DNA from: Raillietiella orientalis
Lineage: Eukaryota
NCBI GenBank assembly: GCA_036172245.1
Contig: JAYWIR010000039.1
Span: 1,302,001-1,366,000 of the forward strand
DNA: 64,000 nt
Direction of reading: 5' to 3'
The notes beneath the pieces are model-generated. The model did no database searches and was not told where the DNA came from. It worked only from the letters and a program-made list of their open reading frames with translations. Both the position numbers and the translations under genes were made by a program. Positions 61,920 to 64,000 of the stretch are shown in pieces. Numbering within the stretch: position 1 is the stretch's first letter; each line of letters opens with the position of its first letter.

Positions 61920-64000
61920 TCCCCTCAGCCTTCCAGACTGGTGCGGATGCCGGAGAGGGTTTGTTCTTGGATGCTATTGATGGAACTGAACTTTGACAAC
62001 CTGTAAATAAATCTCCCTGACAAGAGGACGGATGCGGCCCCTCCGCTCATCCAGGCGGGCTGCTGGCGACCACCTTTCAAGATTCTCAAGCTCTGCGGGC
62101 GACAGTGCTGCCGCCGCTGCAAGGAGCGGTGCTTCCCCGGCACCTTGAACGATTAGCGAAACCTACATTGTATCCCGAGACCCCGTGTACATAAACATGT
62201 TGCATTCCGGGATCATCTACGTCGGGGATATGTAGCAAGCCGGGCAGTTGCAACAAAATGTGCCGGGGACCGAGGAAACATGCTTGGATCTCCTCGCTTC
62301 CAGAGGACGGAGGTGGGGGTGGGGAAAGCAAACGGGCTGTGCAGGATGAGATCAAGGATGCGGTGCTCAGGACAAGCTGGAAAGACGCCGATGGTGGATC
62401 AGGAAGATCGTCGACTTGCGGATGCACAGGACGCCAGAAGGATGTTCCAGAAGGACTTAGCCGTGTAGGGATCGGGTAGCCGCAGGGGCAGGCAGTCGAC
62501 TGCTGAACGAGATGTCGAAAACTCGGCATCTCTCTGGCGAGGGAAATGTCGACCCGACATCTCTCCATCATCTCTTGGGAGCACAGAGGGAAAACATTCT
62601 GGACCACAGAGGGAACCCAAACCAATTAATCCATTCCCTCGTTGGCGGCCGTGTGGCTAAGGTCTCCTGCGAGTGGCACCAGGTGTCGCGAGTTCGAATC
62701 CCGTCCGGAGGAAGGATGTTCGACGCCGAGAACGGCGGGTGCGTCGTGAGTTTCCTTCTTTCCTCCCTGCCTTTCAGGATGGCACTGGTAGGCTTCGGTT
62801 GGCTTCGAACGCGGCACCAGAGGAAGCCGGATGCCCCCCGTTGACTGGCTGGGAACGGAATCTGACCTTCCAGGAATCAAGGAGTTCTTCGGGGTTCCCC
62901 TCCGGTTGTGGAAATGGAGGGAGAGTCATGGGGCGACGCTTCATCGAGCACCATGGATCTGATTGATGCCCTTCTCGGGAGGACGCCACCTCTCCATAGT
63001 GTCAGAAGCGCGCTGCCCCCTTCGAAGAGCGGACCCTTCAGAGGTAACCAGGTGTTGCTTGCTGTTCCGATGATGACTGGGGGTGTGGTGTAGTCGACAC
63101 TGGACGCACCCAAAGGATCAGCCTCGATGTTCGGGGGCTCCCCGGAGCTTCCCTTCGACTTCCCTCCCACCATTACCTTTCTTCTCCTCCGCGATGCTTT
63201 TCTGGGCAGGAGACGAAAGAGTTGACTTTTCTTCCAGAGCGGAAAAGGGAACGCTATCTGGAATCCACGGTTTCCATGGATGCGACGGAGCCTTGTGAGC
63301 CAACAGCATTTCAAGCAGGCAAGAAGCTCAGGAATTCCAGGAAGAGAGGGAGGGAGTGTCAGCTGCGTGGTCCTACTGCCATCAGCATGAAGAATGTTGG
63401 GTCCTCAAGTGACACAGGATTCATCTAGAGGCCAGTTCTTGAGACCGCGGGGTCATACAGCGCCCATTGCGAAGACCATACTGGACACAACCGGATCGCG
63501 CAGTGGGCGGAAAAGTATCCATCTCTGGGACCACTCAATCACAAGATGAAGCAACAGTGGCAGGGGTACTAGAAAGCACAGAGGTGTTGGCTGGTGGAAC
63601 AGGACACAGTGGCTGCGAAAGCTGCAGCATCTACAGTAGAGGGACCAGATGCTAAAAGTGGCAAGAGTGGCACCTGAAGTAGCATCAGCGAGTACAAAGG
63701 TAACTTTCAGCAGCGGCTTTGAAGACGAAACCAGGAAAGCGAGTTGCAAAGTGCTGAGGGAAGGGAGGGAATCCCATCTTGGGATCATTTTAGGGGCAGC
63801 GAATCTGGAGATGCAGGCCGCGCGGAGCAGAGAGAATCGCTCATCGTGCCCTCTGGCGAAGATTTCCAAAATCCCCTGCCCTTTCTGCAGGCGCAGCCGA
63901 GAAGCTGTCAACGTCGGATCGCGTGCTTGAAACTCCCCTCGATGCGGCAGAGCCTTTTCCGGCGCCGGGTCTGCAACAGTCTGGACCGAAAGAACGGCAC
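61920..64000 (-). mobile_element. Decayed CR1-group LINE RT and C-terminus (interrupted by SINE copy 5)
   Basis: LVPLP..FRPLRDPVVSSMVF (like YRPISL..VVSKVF), GSRTTQL, RRRKVMVGGKS..DPLG (like RQ.VVVGG.S..GVPQG), then LENLERWSPAARL..RPLVRR. Confidence 0.55.
62641..63045 (+). mobile_element. 3'-truncated SINE-like copy 5, inserted into a LINE relic
   Basis: GTTGGCGGCCGTGTGGCTAAGG...AGTTCGAATCCC (62691-62702) and family body to about 63045. It interrupts RT-like sequence on either side. Confidence 0.75.

Noticed and set aside
1..64000. Hox-cluster microRNAs (miR-10, iab-4, miR-993), homeobox exons, CRISPR arrays or prokaryotic operons
   Set aside because: No matching sequence seen by eye, and the window is clearly eukaryotic. 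A covariance-model search was not possible.

Overview
Eukaryotic, animal-like (probably arthropod) genomic DNA with spliceosomal introns, microsatellites, a tRNA-headed SINE family and many heavily decayed non-LTR retrotransposon (LINE) relics. Only two protein-coding genes are well supported, both on the minus strand and about 30 kb apart: gene A (join 21882..21585, 20434..19803; 309 aa) and gene B (join 52065..51801, 51614..51109; 256 aa). They are old paralogs with the same architecture: a divergent doublesex/mab-3 (DM) DNA-binding domain, a shared RRKLxF...EKP...KQ...LE linker, a phase-1 intron in the same Pro-Gly codon, one canonical C2H2 zinc finger, and a low-complexity tail with a shared RPW (WRPW/FRPW-like) motif. 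I see no Dsx dimerisation or DMA domain, and I do not know DM+C2H2 from the described Dmrt subfamilies, so this is the main candidate for a new system. Secondary signals: a consensus-like recursive-splice (AG|GT ratchet) site on the plus strand, suggesting the pair may be nested antisense in a long host intron; DM-type binding sites; Hox/TALE-motif islands around gene A; and a perfect 17-bp hairpin upstream of gene B. Most long ORFs in the track are artefacts of GC-rich or low-complexity sequence. TE boundaries are approximate and were read by eye.
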